Notes under the pieces: generated by a model
Seen by the model: only the letters and a program-made list of their open reading frames with translations
What the model was told of the DNA's origin: nothing
Databases searched by the model: none
Made by a program: the position numbers and the translations under genes
Origin: Vicinamibacteria bacterium
GTDB taxonomy: Bacteria > Acidobacteriota > Vicinamibacteria > Marinacidobacterales > Marinacidobacteraceae
Direction of reading: 5' to 3'
Assembly (NCBI GenBank): GCA_964291235.2
Contig: OZ219815.1
Location: forward strand, 672,001 to 736,000
DNA length: 64,000 bases
In this document: positions 1 through 9,954 of the stretch, in pieces
Numbering within the stretch: position 1 is the first letter of the stretch
Layout: every line of letters begins with the position of its first letter

Positions 1-60
1 GACATCCGGCGGCTCCCGCTGGATGAGGTGATGAGCTCGAAGTGAGTTCCGGGCGCTCGC

Positions 61-249
61 GCTAACAGCCTGTGGTGAAACCCCCGTGAGCGCCGAGAGT
101 GGCGAGGCGCCCGGCTGACAAGGCGCGTGAGCGAGGAATACCGGGTGTATTTCGACCGAAACGCAACGATGAGCGCCGCAACGCGGCGCGGTTCAGACGG
201 GATGCATCGCCGCTTGAACGCCGCGGGGGTTTTGCCACAGGCTGTTAGC
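61..249. repeat. ~185 bp MITE-like / structured repeat element, copy 1
   Basis: Terminal inverted repeats gctaacagcctgtggtgaaacccccg ... cgggggttttgccacaggctgttagc; homologous over its full length to 12514-12695 in reverse orientation. Confidence 0.85.
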
Positions 250-1192
250 CGGCCGGCTCCTGGGTCGCCGCGTCGCGGGCGCCGAGTTTGACGTGGGCTG
301 GCACCGGATGCAGGTCCCGGACGAGTCCGAGCCACGACATGACGACCAACAGGTAGTACGTCACGTCGATTTCCCACCAGAAGAAGCCCTGCCGCGCCGC
401 GGACGGATAGCGGTGGTGGTTGTTGTGCCAGCCCTCGCCCAGAGTCAACAGGGCCAGCAACAGGCTGTTGCCGCTGTGGTCGCGGGTCGCGTAACGGCGC
501 CGGCCGATCTGGTGCGCTGCGGAGTTGATCAGGCAGGTGGCGTGAAAGAGCACCACGGTCGAGATGAAGAACCCCCACACCAGCATCTGGGGGCCGCTGG
601 TGTTCACTCCCGCGCCTTTGAGCACCCCGCCGAGCAGGAACAGGCCGGTAGCGAGGAAAACCGGCACCGCCATGTCGAACCGGTCCAACAGGCGCAGCTC
701 CCGAAAGCGCGCGAGGTCGGGCACCACATCGAGGCGGGTCGGGAAATTGGCCGGAGCGGTGATCCAGCCGATGTGGCTCCACCAGAAGCCGTGCTGGTGC
801 GGCGAGTGCACGTCTTCGGGTCCATCGGAGCGCCGGTGGTGCAGACGGTGGTGCGCGGCCCACCAGAGCGGCCCTCGCTGCACCGCCGACGCGCCGAGCA
901 GGGCGAAGAGAAACTGCATGAACCGCGAGGTCCGGAACGTCCGGTGCGAGAAATAGCGGTGATAGAAGCCGGTGAGCGCGAACGCGCGAATCCAATAGAG
1001 CGCCAATGCGACACCGACCGCCGTCGGGCTCCATCCGACCCAGATGGGACCCAGGCACATCAGATGGAGAAAGATGAAGGGCGCTACGCGAGCCCAATCG
1101 ACCCGCATGGAGCGCTCGCCAGGGTCCGGGCGGTACGCCCAACTGTCGAACCAGACGGTAACGACACCCAGCCGCTTGGCGATGGAGGTCAC
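245..1192 (-). CDS. Acyl-CoA (delta-9 type) fatty acid desaturase
   Basis: Three His boxes HRYFSH, HRLHH, HNNHH plus TM segments; GTG start at 1192 chosen within ORF 245..1237. Confidence 0.9.
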   Translation of the reverse strand: MTSIAKRLGVVTVWFDSWAYRPDPGERSMRVDWARVAPFIFLHLMCLGPIWVGWSPTAVGVALALYWIRAFALTGFYHRYFSHRTFRTSRFMQFLFALLGASAVQRGPLWWAAHHRLHHRRSDGPEDVHSPHQHGFWWSHIGWITAPANFPTRLDVVPDLARFRELRLLDRFDMAVPVFLATGLFLLGGVLKGAGVNTSGPQMLVWGFFISTVVLFHATCLINSAAHQIGRRRYATRDHSGNSLLLALLTLGEGWHNNHHRYPSAARQGFFWWEIDVTYYLLVVMSWLGLVRDLHPVPAHVKLGARDAATQEPAG

Positions 1193-1472
1193 GGCCGGGC
1201 CCCGTCCGCGCGGCGGACCACCTGCCCGAACGCACATGGCGCCAGCCAGACACCGAAGGCGGTCACCCCCACTGCGAGCGTGTCCAACGGGGTCTGGGGT
1301 CCAGGCATCACGGCGCGGAAGCCCCCGTCTTCAACCACGGCAGCCGCCGAAAGCGAGGGTAGCACCTGCGGATCGCCCGTGAGAATCCCGGTAACGCGTG
1401 AGTGCGGCACAATTTCGGAGTTCGGATGACGGAATCGAGAGCGGGGTGCGGACCGGGACGCGGAGCACTCCG

Positions 1473-3191
1473 GTGAGCGGCCCCAACCGTCGCGAGTTCA
1501 GCGGCGCGCTCGCTGCCGGTCTGCTGGGCGCCGCGTGCGGCCCGGAGCGTCCCTCCCATCCCGCCACCCTCGACTACCGGATCCGGAACGCCCTGGTGGT
1601 GGACGGGACGGGTGCTCCCGCGTACCGCGGCGACCTCGGAATCCGGGACGGCCGCTTCGTCGGGGCGGTGGGTGAAGCGCTCCGCGAAGTGAACGCCGAC
1701 GGTCTCGTCGCCGCTCCCGGCTTCGTGGACATCCATTCGCACGGTGATCTCGTCCTCGCGAGCAGCCGCCCGGATCGCGAAACCCTGGTCGCCGGCCGGC
1801 TCGCCCAGGGAATCACCACCGAGGTGATCGGAAACTGCGGGTTGGGGGCGGCGCCCCTCTTCGGTGAGGCGCGCGACCTCGCTCCCGCCGTACACGCCTG
1901 GATGACCCCCGCGGGCGCCTCCTGGCGTTGGTCGTCGCTGTCCGCCTACTTCTCCGCGCTCGAGACGCGCGGACTGCCGCTCAACGTGGCGGCGCTCGTC
2001 CCCCACGGCCTGCTACGCCTCGGAGCCATGGGGCTCCGGCCCGGGGCCCCTGACGCCGGAGAACGCACCGCCATGGCCGCTGCCCTCGCAAGGAGCCTCG
2101 AGGAAGGCGCCTTCGGCCTTTCCTGCGGGCTCATCTATCCGCCGGGGATGTTCAGCGCGACCGAAGAACTCCTCGGGCTGGCCCACCTGCTACGCACCTC
2201 GGACGGCGTGTTCACCGCCCATGTGCGCGGGTCCAGCGAGACGCTGCTCCCCGCGGTCGAAGAGCTGATCGAGATCGGCCGGGACGCGGAGGTCCGCGTT
2301 CACCACAGCCACGCGGAGGCGGTGGGCCGGGCCCATTGGGAAAAGCTCGGGACGTTTTTGCGAATGGAACAGGAAGCGCGGCGGGCCGGCGTTCGCGTCT
2401 CGGCCGACATGTTCCCCTACCCGGTCGCGGCCACCATGATGTACGCCATCTATCCCCCCTGGGCGCTCGAAGGCGGCCCGGGAGAACTCCTCGGCCGGCT
2501 CCGCGATCCTGAACACCGGGCGCGTATTGGACGGGACATCGAAGAAAGAGTGCCGGAGTGGCCACCCTGGCAGCCCGGCGGGTGGCCCCACAACCTCGTG
2601 TCCGCGGTGGGCTGGGACGGCATTCAGGTGTCCAGCGTGGGCAGCCAGGCGGGCCGTGAGGCGCTCGGTCGATCCCTCGCCGAGCTGGGGCAGGCCCGCG
2701 GAACCCGTCCATACGAGGCCATATCGGATCTGATGGTGCGCGAGGAGGGCGCCGTCGGCCAGTTCGTGCTGGACATCAGCGGCGAGGTGGGACTCCGGAC
2801 GCTCGTTTCCGACCCGGAGGTGGCGTTCATCACGGACGCGAACGACTACGGGCACGGGTCGCCCCACCCGGCCGCCTACGGCGCCTTTCCGCGGGTCCTC
2901 CGGCGCTACGTGCGGGAAGAAGGGTTGATCTCGCTCGAAGAGGCGGTCCGCAGGATGACTTCCCTTCCGGCCGATATCGTCGGATTCCCGGATCGAGGCC
3001 GGATCGCGAACGGATTCCCCGCCGATCTCGTTCTGTTCGATCAGGAGGAGGTCACCGACCACGCCACCCTGGAAGAACCCCGCGCCCGGGCGACCGGAGT
3101 TCAGGCCACCTTCGTGAACGGCCAGCCCGTGATCCGCGACGGCCGCTACACCGGCGCGCTCGCGGGGCGCGTGCTCAGGAAATCCGCCTGA
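1473..3191 (+). CDS. N-acyl-D-amino-acid deacylase (amidohydrolase), probable Tat-exported lipoprotein
   Basis: APGFVDIHSH metal motif, GNCG, PHPAAYGAFPRVL; N-terminal RREF...LGAAC twin-arginine/lipobox. Confidence 0.88.
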   Translation: MSGPNRREFSGALAAGLLGAACGPERPSHPATLDYRIRNALVVDGTGAPAYRGDLGIRDGRFVGAVGEALREVNADGLVAAPGFVDIHSHGDLVLASSRPDRETLVAGRLAQGITTEVIGNCGLGAAPLFGEARDLAPAVHAWMTPAGASWRWSSLSAYFSALETRGLPLNVAALVPHGLLRLGAMGLRPGAPDAGERTAMAAALARSLEEGAFGLSCGLIYPPGMFSATEELLGLAHLLRTSDGVFTAHVRGSSETLLPAVEELIEIGRDAEVRVHHSHAEAVGRAHWEKLGTFLRMEQEARRAGVRVSADMFPYPVAATMMYAIYPPWALEGGPGELLGRLRDPEHRARIGRDIEERVPEWPPWQPGGWPHNLVSAVGWDGIQVSSVGSQAGREALGRSLAELGQARGTRPYEAISDLMVREEGAVGQFVLDISGEVGLRTLVSDPEVAFITDANDYGHGSPHPAAYGAFPRVLRRYVREEGLISLEEAVRRMTSLPADIVGFPDRGRIANGFPADLVLFDQEEVTDHATLEEPRARATGVQATFVNGQPVIRDGRYTGALAGRVLRKSA

Positions 3192-3234
3192 AGGGGAGTC
3201 CCTCCTGCGCATCGAAACCCTTCCTCGGCGCCTG

Positions 3235-3543
3235 GTGGCGGCCAGCCTGGTGCTCGCGATGCTGGCCAGCGGCTGTTCCCTCGTCCTTACCCAGGGCCCT
3301 CCCAGACCCGGCGAGAGCGACTACGACCCGACTGGCGACTACCCGGGCGGCGTCCCGTGCACGAGCAACCGGACGTGGCCGCTGGTGGACCTTGGTTTCA
3401 TGCTCTGGGCGCTGGCGCTCACACTCACCTACGACGACCGGGACGACCGGATCGACGGCAGCCTGACCTCGGCGGCAGCCGCCATTTCTGCGTGGATCGG
3501 CTATCGGCGAACGGCGGCCTGCCGGGGCGCCCAAACGCCGTGA
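3235..3543 (+). CDS. Small hypothetical membrane lipoprotein
   Basis: Lipobox LASGC, two hydrophobic segments, fills the gap between genes; start uncertain. Confidence 0.6.
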   Translation: MAASLVLAMLASGCSLVLTQGPPRPGESDYDPTGDYPGGVPCTSNRTWPLVDLGFMLWALALTLTYDDRDDRIDGSLTSAAAAISAWIGYRRTAACRGAQTP

Positions 3544-3594
3544 TCCGGCGCGGGGGTTCAAGGCTACCGCGCAGGGCCGGATGGCGACCGGCCG

Positions 3595-4344
3595 TCAGCC
3601 GCCGCTGCGGGCCTGAGCGATGAGTTGCTTGAGCCGGGCGCCGTCCACCGCGCCCGGTACCAGGGTGTTCCCGATCACGAAGGCCGGCGTCCCCGAGATT
3701 CCGAGCTCGCGGGCCAGACGCTGGGTCTCCTCCAGGTAGGCCGCAATCTCGGGATCGGCCATGTCTTGCTGCAGGCGCTCCACATCGAGCCCCACCTCCT
3801 CCGCGATCGCCATCACCGACTCCTCGCTGAGGCGATCCCGCGCCCCCATGGCCGCCTCGTGGAACGCCTGATACTTGTCCTGCTTGTGCGCCGCCATGGA
3901 CGCGAGCGCGGCGAAGGTCGAAACCGGCCCCAGCACCGGAAGGTCCTTCCACACGATCCGCAGCCCCGGATCGCTCTCCAGTAGATCCATGACCGGCGCG
4001 AGCGAGCGCTTGCAGTAACCGCACTGGTAGTCGAAGAACTCGACGAGCGTCACGTCGCCCTCGGGGTTACCGGAAACCGGCGACATCGGATGGCTGACCA
4101 GCGCTCCTCGGTTCGTCACCAACGCTTCACGCGCCCTCGCCGCCTTTTCGGCCTGGCGCTTCGCGTTCAGCGCGAGGATCGCCTCTTCGAGGACCTCCGG
4201 ATGCTCGATCAGGTACTCCCGAACGATCTTCCGGACGGCCTCCTTGTCCGGAGGCGGCTGCTGCCCGGCCTTGGCCCGGGCATCGCCGGCGATCGCCATG
4301 CAGGCCAGCACCGCGGAGAGCGCGAGCGCGATTGTGGACCTCAT
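3595..4344 (-). CDS. DsbA/Com1-like thiol-disulfide oxidoreductase
   Basis: EFFDYQCGYCK CxxC motif, GTPAF cis-Pro loop, signal peptide. Confidence 0.9.
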   Translation of the reverse strand: MRSTIALALSAVLACMAIAGDARAKAGQQPPPDKEAVRKIVREYLIEHPEVLEEAILALNAKRQAEKAARAREALVTNRGALVSHPMSPVSGNPEGDVTLVEFFDYQCGYCKRSLAPVMDLLESDPGLRIVWKDLPVLGPVSTFAALASMAAHKQDKYQAFHEAAMGARDRLSEESVMAIAEEVGLDVERLQQDMADPEIAAYLEETQRLARELGISGTPAFVIGNTLVPGAVDGARLKQLIAQARSGG

Positions 4345-4473
4345 GCGGAGCCTCCTTTGACAGGACCTGGCGCCGCCGGGAGGCCGCGTTCTACAGACCT
4401 GACGTCTCCCGCCTCGGGGAGACGGAGAGCATTCTAGTGACTCCTCCCGGAACCCGGCCCCAGCGGCACGGAC

Positions 4474-6900
4474 CTACCGCGGGTCCGTGGTCGGGGCCAT
4501 GCTTCCGGATCCCCCGTCCAGGTGGCGGTCGAAGAAATCCGTCATGCGGCGGTAGCTGTCGCGGCGGGTGGGAATCTCGTCCCAGCCGTGGTCCTCGACC
4601 GGATAGACAACCAGGTCGAAGTCCTTCTGCTTCTCGATGAGGATCTGCGCCAGCCGGAAGGAGTCCTGAATCTGGACGTTCCCGTCCACGAGTCCGTGCT
4701 GGATCTGGAGCGCGTCCTGGAGCCCGTCCGCGTAGTAGACCGGACTGGAGATCCGGTAGGCCTCCTCGTCTTCGAGCTGGCTGCCGTTCAGGATCCGGCT
4801 GGTATAGCCCTGGTTGTAGTGGACCCAGTCGGTGACCGGATAGAGCGCCACCCCGGCCGCGTACTTCCCCGGATTCCGGAAAAGGGACATCAGGGTAAAG
4901 AAGCCGCCGTAGGAACCGCCGTACACCCCGATCCGGTCCCGCGCGACGCCGTACTGATCCGCCAGGATGTCAAGGAGCGGCAGCGCGCTGTCGATGTCCG
5001 AAACCCCCATCTGGCGGTAGGCGTAGGTGCGGTTCCGGTGTCCGTATCCCGAGCTGCCGCGGTAGTCCACCGATGCCGCCGCGTAGCCGCGCTGGATCAG
5101 GTAGTTGGCGTAGACGATGCTGCCGGCCCGCGCCCAACCCTTGACAACCGCCTGGGCGCATTCGCCGCAGCCATGGGCATAGACCACCGCGGGAGTCGCA
5201 CCCGGCGTGGCGCCGGCGGGCGTGTCCCAGATGCGGGCCCACGCCGTGGTCCCGTCGGGCAGGTCGTACTCGACGATCTCGCTCCCCGCCCAGGCGGTCC
5301 GGTAGAAGGCGTCGGTTCCGCTCTTCGTGATCCGTACCGGGTCGGCCGCGGCGACCGGATCCATCAGGTAGAGGTCGCCCATTGCGGTGAGCGACTGACT
5401 CACCGCGGCGACCCGGCCTCCATCGGGAGACATCGCCCAGGAGTGCATCCCCTCACCGCTCGTAACCTGCTCCAGAGCCCCGCCGCGAGCCGGAATCCGA
5501 TAGAGGTGTTCCTCGCCCGGATGCTCGCGGCTGGTGGTGACCAGGAAGGACTCCCCGCCCGGACCGAGTTCGGCGCGCCGGACCTCGAACTCACCCTCGG
5601 TGAGTGCCGTCACTTCCCCCTCAAGGTTCGCGAGCAGCAGCATCGCCCAGCCGCTCGCCACCGAACCGAAGGCGAACGCCTGGCTGTCGGGAAGCCACTC
5701 CAGGTACCCGGACGACCAGCGCCCCACCACCAGCGGACCGCCGACCCAGGCTTCTTCCTGCTGGTGGTCCACCGGACGCAGGGTGCCTGCCTCCACATCC
5801 AGGAAGGCGATCCAGCGATCCTTGTGATCCATGGACAGCACTTGCACGACGCCGTGCCGTCCGTCCGGGCTCCACCAGGGGCCGTGCATCACGGTGTCCT
5901 TCTCGATGCCGTCCTCAACCCAGCGGATCTCGATATCCTCGGTGCGGACGGTGCGGTCCACCGCCACGACCCCGAGACGCCACGAGACAAGCGCCTCTCC
6001 GACCTTGGGGCGGGCGTCCTTCTCGGTCGCCTGCCCGCTCTCGTTCACGAACTCCATGAAGCTCGTTCGCTTGGGGTCGGACGGATCCTTCCGCGACCGG
6101 AAGACGAGGTACTTCCCGTCCGGCGAGAGCCGGATGTCCACTGCCTTCTCACCCTTCGGGATCGGGATTTCCTGCGGCAGCAGTTCGTTGTGGTCGCGGC
6201 GCAGTTGGTCGCGCCGCTCCTCCCGTTCCTTTCGTTCGCGCACCACCTGGACCAGCTCGTTCTGCTGAGCCTTGAGCCATTCCTGCTGTTTGCTGTCCTC
6301 TGCCTCCTCGGGGATCACCGCCGCAAGCTGGCGCGTTATTCCCGACGAGAGGTCGTGTTGCCAAAGATCCCCGCTTTCCCCGGAATTCGCCGAAAGCCCC
6401 TTGGTCGCGAAGAGCACCTTGTTCCCGTCCGGACGCAGGCGAAGCTGGCCGATCCGGCCGGCGACGGCAAACACCGCGCGCGTCCCGCCGTCCGCCGTCC
6501 AGACGTACAGGGATCCCTGCGAACTCCACGCCGCGGTGTCTCCGGCGACGGTACGGACCAAGTTGGTCCCGGGAACAAGCTGGATTTCGGCTTCGGTCAA
6601 CTCCCGGAGATCCCGGCCGTTCCGATCCACCGCGAACCAGGGATCGTCGTCCGGCAACTGTCCCGGCCCGGGGTCCTCACGCCAGCGGAAATAGACCTCC
6701 TGGCCGTCGGGCGACCAGCGCAGGTCGCGCGGAGCGAGGCCGAACACGCGACCGCCGCCGCCGAGGTGATCCAGGGTCAACCGGAAACCCGGGTCGGCAT
6801 CCGCAACGGTCAGCTCCGATTGGGAGCGCAGTTGCGCGCCCGCCAGCGCAGGCAGGACGAGCAACAGGGTTGCTTTCGCAAGTGCGGGAACTGGCCTCAT
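4474..6900 (-). CDS. S9 family (DPP IV / prolyl oligopeptidase-like) peptidase
   Basis: GGSYGG nucleophile, DGNV Asp, EDHG His; beta-propeller WSPDG repeats; signal peptide. Confidence 0.9.
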   Translation of the reverse strand: MRPVPALAKATLLLVLPALAGAQLRSQSELTVADADPGFRLTLDHLGGGGRVFGLAPRDLRWSPDGQEVYFRWREDPGPGQLPDDDPWFAVDRNGRDLRELTEAEIQLVPGTNLVRTVAGDTAAWSSQGSLYVWTADGGTRAVFAVAGRIGQLRLRPDGNKVLFATKGLSANSGESGDLWQHDLSSGITRQLAAVIPEEAEDSKQQEWLKAQQNELVQVVRERKEREERRDQLRRDHNELLPQEIPIPKGEKAVDIRLSPDGKYLVFRSRKDPSDPKRTSFMEFVNESGQATEKDARPKVGEALVSWRLGVVAVDRTVRTEDIEIRWVEDGIEKDTVMHGPWWSPDGRHGVVQVLSMDHKDRWIAFLDVEAGTLRPVDHQQEEAWVGGPLVVGRWSSGYLEWLPDSQAFAFGSVASGWAMLLLANLEGEVTALTEGEFEVRRAELGPGGESFLVTTSREHPGEEHLYRIPARGGALEQVTSGEGMHSWAMSPDGGRVAAVSQSLTAMGDLYLMDPVAAADPVRITKSGTDAFYRTAWAGSEIVEYDLPDGTTAWARIWDTPAGATPGATPAVVYAHGCGECAQAVVKGWARAGSIVYANYLIQRGYAAASVDYRGSSGYGHRNRTYAYRQMGVSDIDSALPLLDILADQYGVARDRIGVYGGSYGGFFTLMSLFRNPGKYAAGVALYPVTDWVHYNQGYTSRILNGSQLEDEEAYRISSPVYYADGLQDALQIQHGLVDGNVQIQDSFRLAQILIEKQKDFDLVVYPVEDHGWDEIPTRRDSYRRMTDFFDRHLDGGSGSMAPTTDPR

Positions 6901-6910
6901 CGCGGCCTCC

Positions 6911-8230
6911 TTAGCGGATCAAGAGGATCCGGTCATTGGCGGGATAGAACCACTCCACGCCCCGCTCGGTGACGATGGCGTCGTCCTCGAGCGGGATGCG
7001 GACCTTGGCTCCGCCGAACTCGTCGGCCTTCGTATAGGCGAAGAGTTCGATGGAAAACATGTTCGAAGGCACGATCTCGTATTCGAGCCGGGTCGGATTG
7101 AACCAGGCGATCGACGGGCCGATGCCGTGGCCGAGGTTCCCGACCGAGTGGCAGCCGATTACGATGTCGGTGGTGTCCTGATCGGTCGGCTGGTTGAACT
7201 CGATCATCTGGAAACCGGCCTCGGTCAGTTCGGCGCCGAGCCGTTCCAGCATGGCCCCGGCGGTGGGGCCCGGCTTGATGGTGCGCCGGATCACGTCTCT
7301 GGCGGCCCGTCCCCGATCGAAGGCGTTCTGGATTCCGGGCGGCGCCGCGACTTCCCCCTCCTTCAGCACGTAGGCGATCCGCTTCATGTCGGTGTAGAAG
7401 TTCAGGTAACCCACCCCCCAGTCGATCATCAGCAGGTCACCCCGCTGGATGATCCGTTCGTTCGAGGTCGCCTCGATCCCCTCGGGGCCGGTGATGTAAA
7501 TGGAGGGCATCCCGAACGAGGTGTCGAGACCGTTCTCGAGCAACTGCTGCTCGATCCACCACGCCACGTCCTCGAGCGCGGTGATTCCCGGCGTGATCAC
7601 CTCGTTGGAGAAAGCGCGCTCCGCGATCCTCCGGGACCACTCGCCAGCCTCGCCAAAGGCGACGATCTCGCTCGCCACTCGCCGGGAACGGAAGTCCGAG
7701 ATCAGCTTCTCCGCCGAGACCATCCGATCCGCGTACGGCTCGCCGAGCGTTTCCCTGAGGTGAAGCCAGCTCGTGTGCGAGAGCCCGTCCGCCGCTCCGA
7801 TGCTCCGGGACATGTTCACCCCGATGCGCTGCGGATCCCGCTCCTTCACGAACTCCGCAAGATCGGCACTCCCGACCACCTGGTCGTAAACGCCGCAGCG
7901 CTCGATCTTGTAGCCCGTGACTCCGATGGCGACCCGCTCGATGCGGTCGTCTCCCCGGTCGCTGAAGACGATGTAGCCGGTACTGCCGACGTAGCCGCGC
8001 CCGAGGTCCTCCCACAGGGGATCGCGGAGTCCCTCCTTCATCACGGTGATCCACATGTCGATTCCGTTGCCGCGCATGGCCTCGGGCAGCACGAGATCGA
8101 ATTTGTCCGCCCGGATCTGGCACATCCGCTCCCAACGGATACGGGCCTCGGTCTTCGCTCCGGCTGCCGCCGGGATGAGCGTGAACGCGACAACTGCCGC
8201 GGCAATCCCTCGAAGAAAAGCAGTACTCAT
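6911..8230 (-). CDS. M24 family metallopeptidase (Xaa-Pro aminopeptidase-like), secreted
   Basis: IDWG..YTD, GHGIG, IE, LEDD metal ligands; ATG at 8230 with upstream GGAGG. Confidence 0.85.
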   Translation of the reverse strand: MSTAFLRGIAAAVVAFTLIPAAAGAKTEARIRWERMCQIRADKFDLVLPEAMRGNGIDMWITVMKEGLRDPLWEDLGRGYVGSTGYIVFSDRGDDRIERVAIGVTGYKIERCGVYDQVVGSADLAEFVKERDPQRIGVNMSRSIGAADGLSHTSWLHLRETLGEPYADRMVSAEKLISDFRSRRVASEIVAFGEAGEWSRRIAERAFSNEVITPGITALEDVAWWIEQQLLENGLDTSFGMPSIYITGPEGIEATSNERIIQRGDLLMIDWGVGYLNFYTDMKRIAYVLKEGEVAAPPGIQNAFDRGRAARDVIRRTIKPGPTAGAMLERLGAELTEAGFQMIEFNQPTDQDTTDIVIGCHSVGNLGHGIGPSIAWFNPTRLEYEIVPSNMFSIELFAYTKADEFGGAKVRIPLEDDAIVTERGVEWFYPANDRILLIR

Positions 8231-8306
8231 GTGACGCCTCCGCCACAAAGAGTACGCGAGAAGGACGCTGCCTTCCGGGATCGGCCCGTCGGGGCCGGCG
8301 CGGGGA

Positions 8307-8702
8307 CTACTCCGCGGTCGCGTCGGTCCCGTCTGGCTCCGCGGTGGCGGCCTCTGCAGGCGCGGCATCCGCTTCCGGCTCCGGCTCGCCGGACTCCTCG
8401 GGCGCGGCTTCGATATCTGCAACCCCAGCAGCCTCCGCGAACATCTGCTCGAAGCTGGCGCGTGCCGCCTCGGCGGCAGCCCGCTCTTCGTCGGTGAGAT
8501 CCTCGCTGTCTTCCGCCAACAGCTCGGCCGCCTCTCTCGGGTCATAGACCTCGAGCTTTCCGGCCTTCAACTCCGCGAGGGCGATTGCGGTCGGCCGCCG
8601 CGAAGTCGTCTTCACTTTGGGCGCCGAACCCAGGATCAGTTGCCGTACTCGCTGCGCTACGGCGTTCGCCTGCAGGAATTGGCTCGATTCTTCAATCTTC
8701 AA
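8307..8702 (-). CDS. rpoZ: RNA polymerase omega subunit with acidic C-terminal tail
   Basis: AQRVRQL..G..P.V...RRPTAIALAEL omega pattern; TTG start preceded by GGAGG. Confidence 0.8.
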   Translation of the reverse strand: MKIEESSQFLQANAVAQRVRQLILGSAPKVKTTSRRPTAIALAELKAGKLEVYDPREAAELLAEDSEDLTDEERAAAEAARASFEQMFAEAAGVADIEAAPEESGEPEPEADAAPAEAATAEPDGTDATAE

Positions 8703-8785
8703 GTGGATGGCCTCCCCAAACAGACACCGGCGTCCCCCCCGGTCGAGCCGCGGAGTCTAGCGCGGATTTCTCACACTTCCGCCGT

Positions 8786-9310
8786 TTATTCCAGAAGATC
8801 GCGGAAGATCTCCACCGATCCCGGCGCCGCCCAGTCGCGGGCTCCGATGATGTGGGAGGCCAGTGTTCCGTCACGGCGAATGATCCAGGTCTCGGGGAAT
8901 TGAAACACCTCGTAGCGGCGGGAAACCCGCTTTCCCAGATCGTGCAGGATCAAGAAACGCAGCCCGTGATCGGCGACAAACGACGGGATGTCGGTGTACC
9001 GTTCGTCCACCGACACCGCGACGACCTTGAGCCCGTCGTCACCGAGCAAATCCTGAAGCCGCTGGAGCGAAGGCATTTCCTCCACGCACGGCGGACACCA
9101 GGTCGCCCAGAAGTTCAGGACCACCACCTGACCCGCGAAGTCGGCGAGACGGTGGGGGCGCTGGTCGAGGTCGAGCAGTTCAAAGGCCGGCGCCGCCATC
9201 CCGGGGGTGGGGGGATCCGGCTTTTCTGCGCACGCCGACAGGCACACGAGAGCGGTAAGGAGCGAAAACGTCGTGGCGCGGCAGCGCTGCCGCGTTCCGC
9301 CGGCAAACAT
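8786..9310 (-). CDS. TlpA/ResA-like thiol-disulfide reductase lipoprotein
   Basis: NFWATWCPPCVEEMP motif; lipobox LSAC. Confidence 0.9.
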   Translation of the reverse strand: MFAGGTRQRCRATTFSLLTALVCLSACAEKPDPPTPGMAAPAFELLDLDQRPHRLADFAGQVVVLNFWATWCPPCVEEMPSLQRLQDLLGDDGLKVVAVSVDERYTDIPSFVADHGLRFLILHDLGKRVSRRYEVFQFPETWIIRRDGTLASHIIGARDWAAPGSVEIFRDLLE

Positions 9311-9319
9311 CAGGGGGGC

Positions 9320-9889
9320 CTACGCCTCGCGGTCCCGGCAGAAGAAGAGCCCCAATCCAGCGAACGTCTTCGCATCTTCGAACCCCCCGGCCGCGAGCGT
9401 ACGCCGCGCCTCCTTGACCGGAAGCTCGACGACGTCAATTTCCTCCCCGAAGTCCGTGTCCTGCTCGCCCGGGAGCAGACCTTGCGCCTCGAACAGGTGA
9501 ATCACCTCGTCGCAAAAGCCGGGGGCGCTGAAGAACGATCCGAGCGACCGCAGGTTTTTTGCGGTGTACCCGGTTTCTTCCCGAAGCTCCCGGCGGGCGG
9601 TCTCTTCAGGCGCCTCGCCGGGTTCGAGCGTTCCGGCGGGGATTTCCAGCAAGAACCTGCCGGCCGCATAGCGGTACTGCCGTACCAGGACGAGCCTCTC
9701 CTCCGGGGTCACGGCCACGATCGCTACCGCTCCGGGATGCCGGACCACCTCCCGGCGGACCACCGGGCCGTAGCCGCTTGATCCCACGGGCTCTTGTGCC
9801 CGATCGAGTTCCAGGCGCAGCAGGCGTCCGGAGAAGGCAACCCTGCGGTCGATCAGTCGGGCGGAAACAGCGGTGGCTTCATCGGGCAT
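9320..9889 (-). CDS. NUDIX hydrolase (ADP-ribose pyrophosphatase-like)
   Basis: Nudix box GTLEPGEAPEETARRELREETGY; HPGAV and RQYRY motifs. Confidence 0.9.
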   Translation of the reverse strand: MPDEATAVSARLIDRRVAFSGRLLRLELDRAQEPVGSSGYGPVVRREVVRHPGAVAIVAVTPEERLVLVRQYRYAAGRFLLEIPAGTLEPGEAPEETARRELREETGYTAKNLRSLGSFFSAPGFCDEVIHLFEAQGLLPGEQDTDFGEEIDVVELPVKEARRTLAAGGFEDAKTFAGLGLFFCRDREA

Positions 9890-9954
9890 GAAGGCATGCA
9901 GTGTAAGGGGCCCCGCGTGCGAAAATGACCGGCGCAATGGAGTCTTCGCAAACC

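Noticed and set aside
1-45. Probable 3' end of an upstream plus-strand gene (DIRRLPLDEVMSSK*)
   Set aside because: Too short to support or assign
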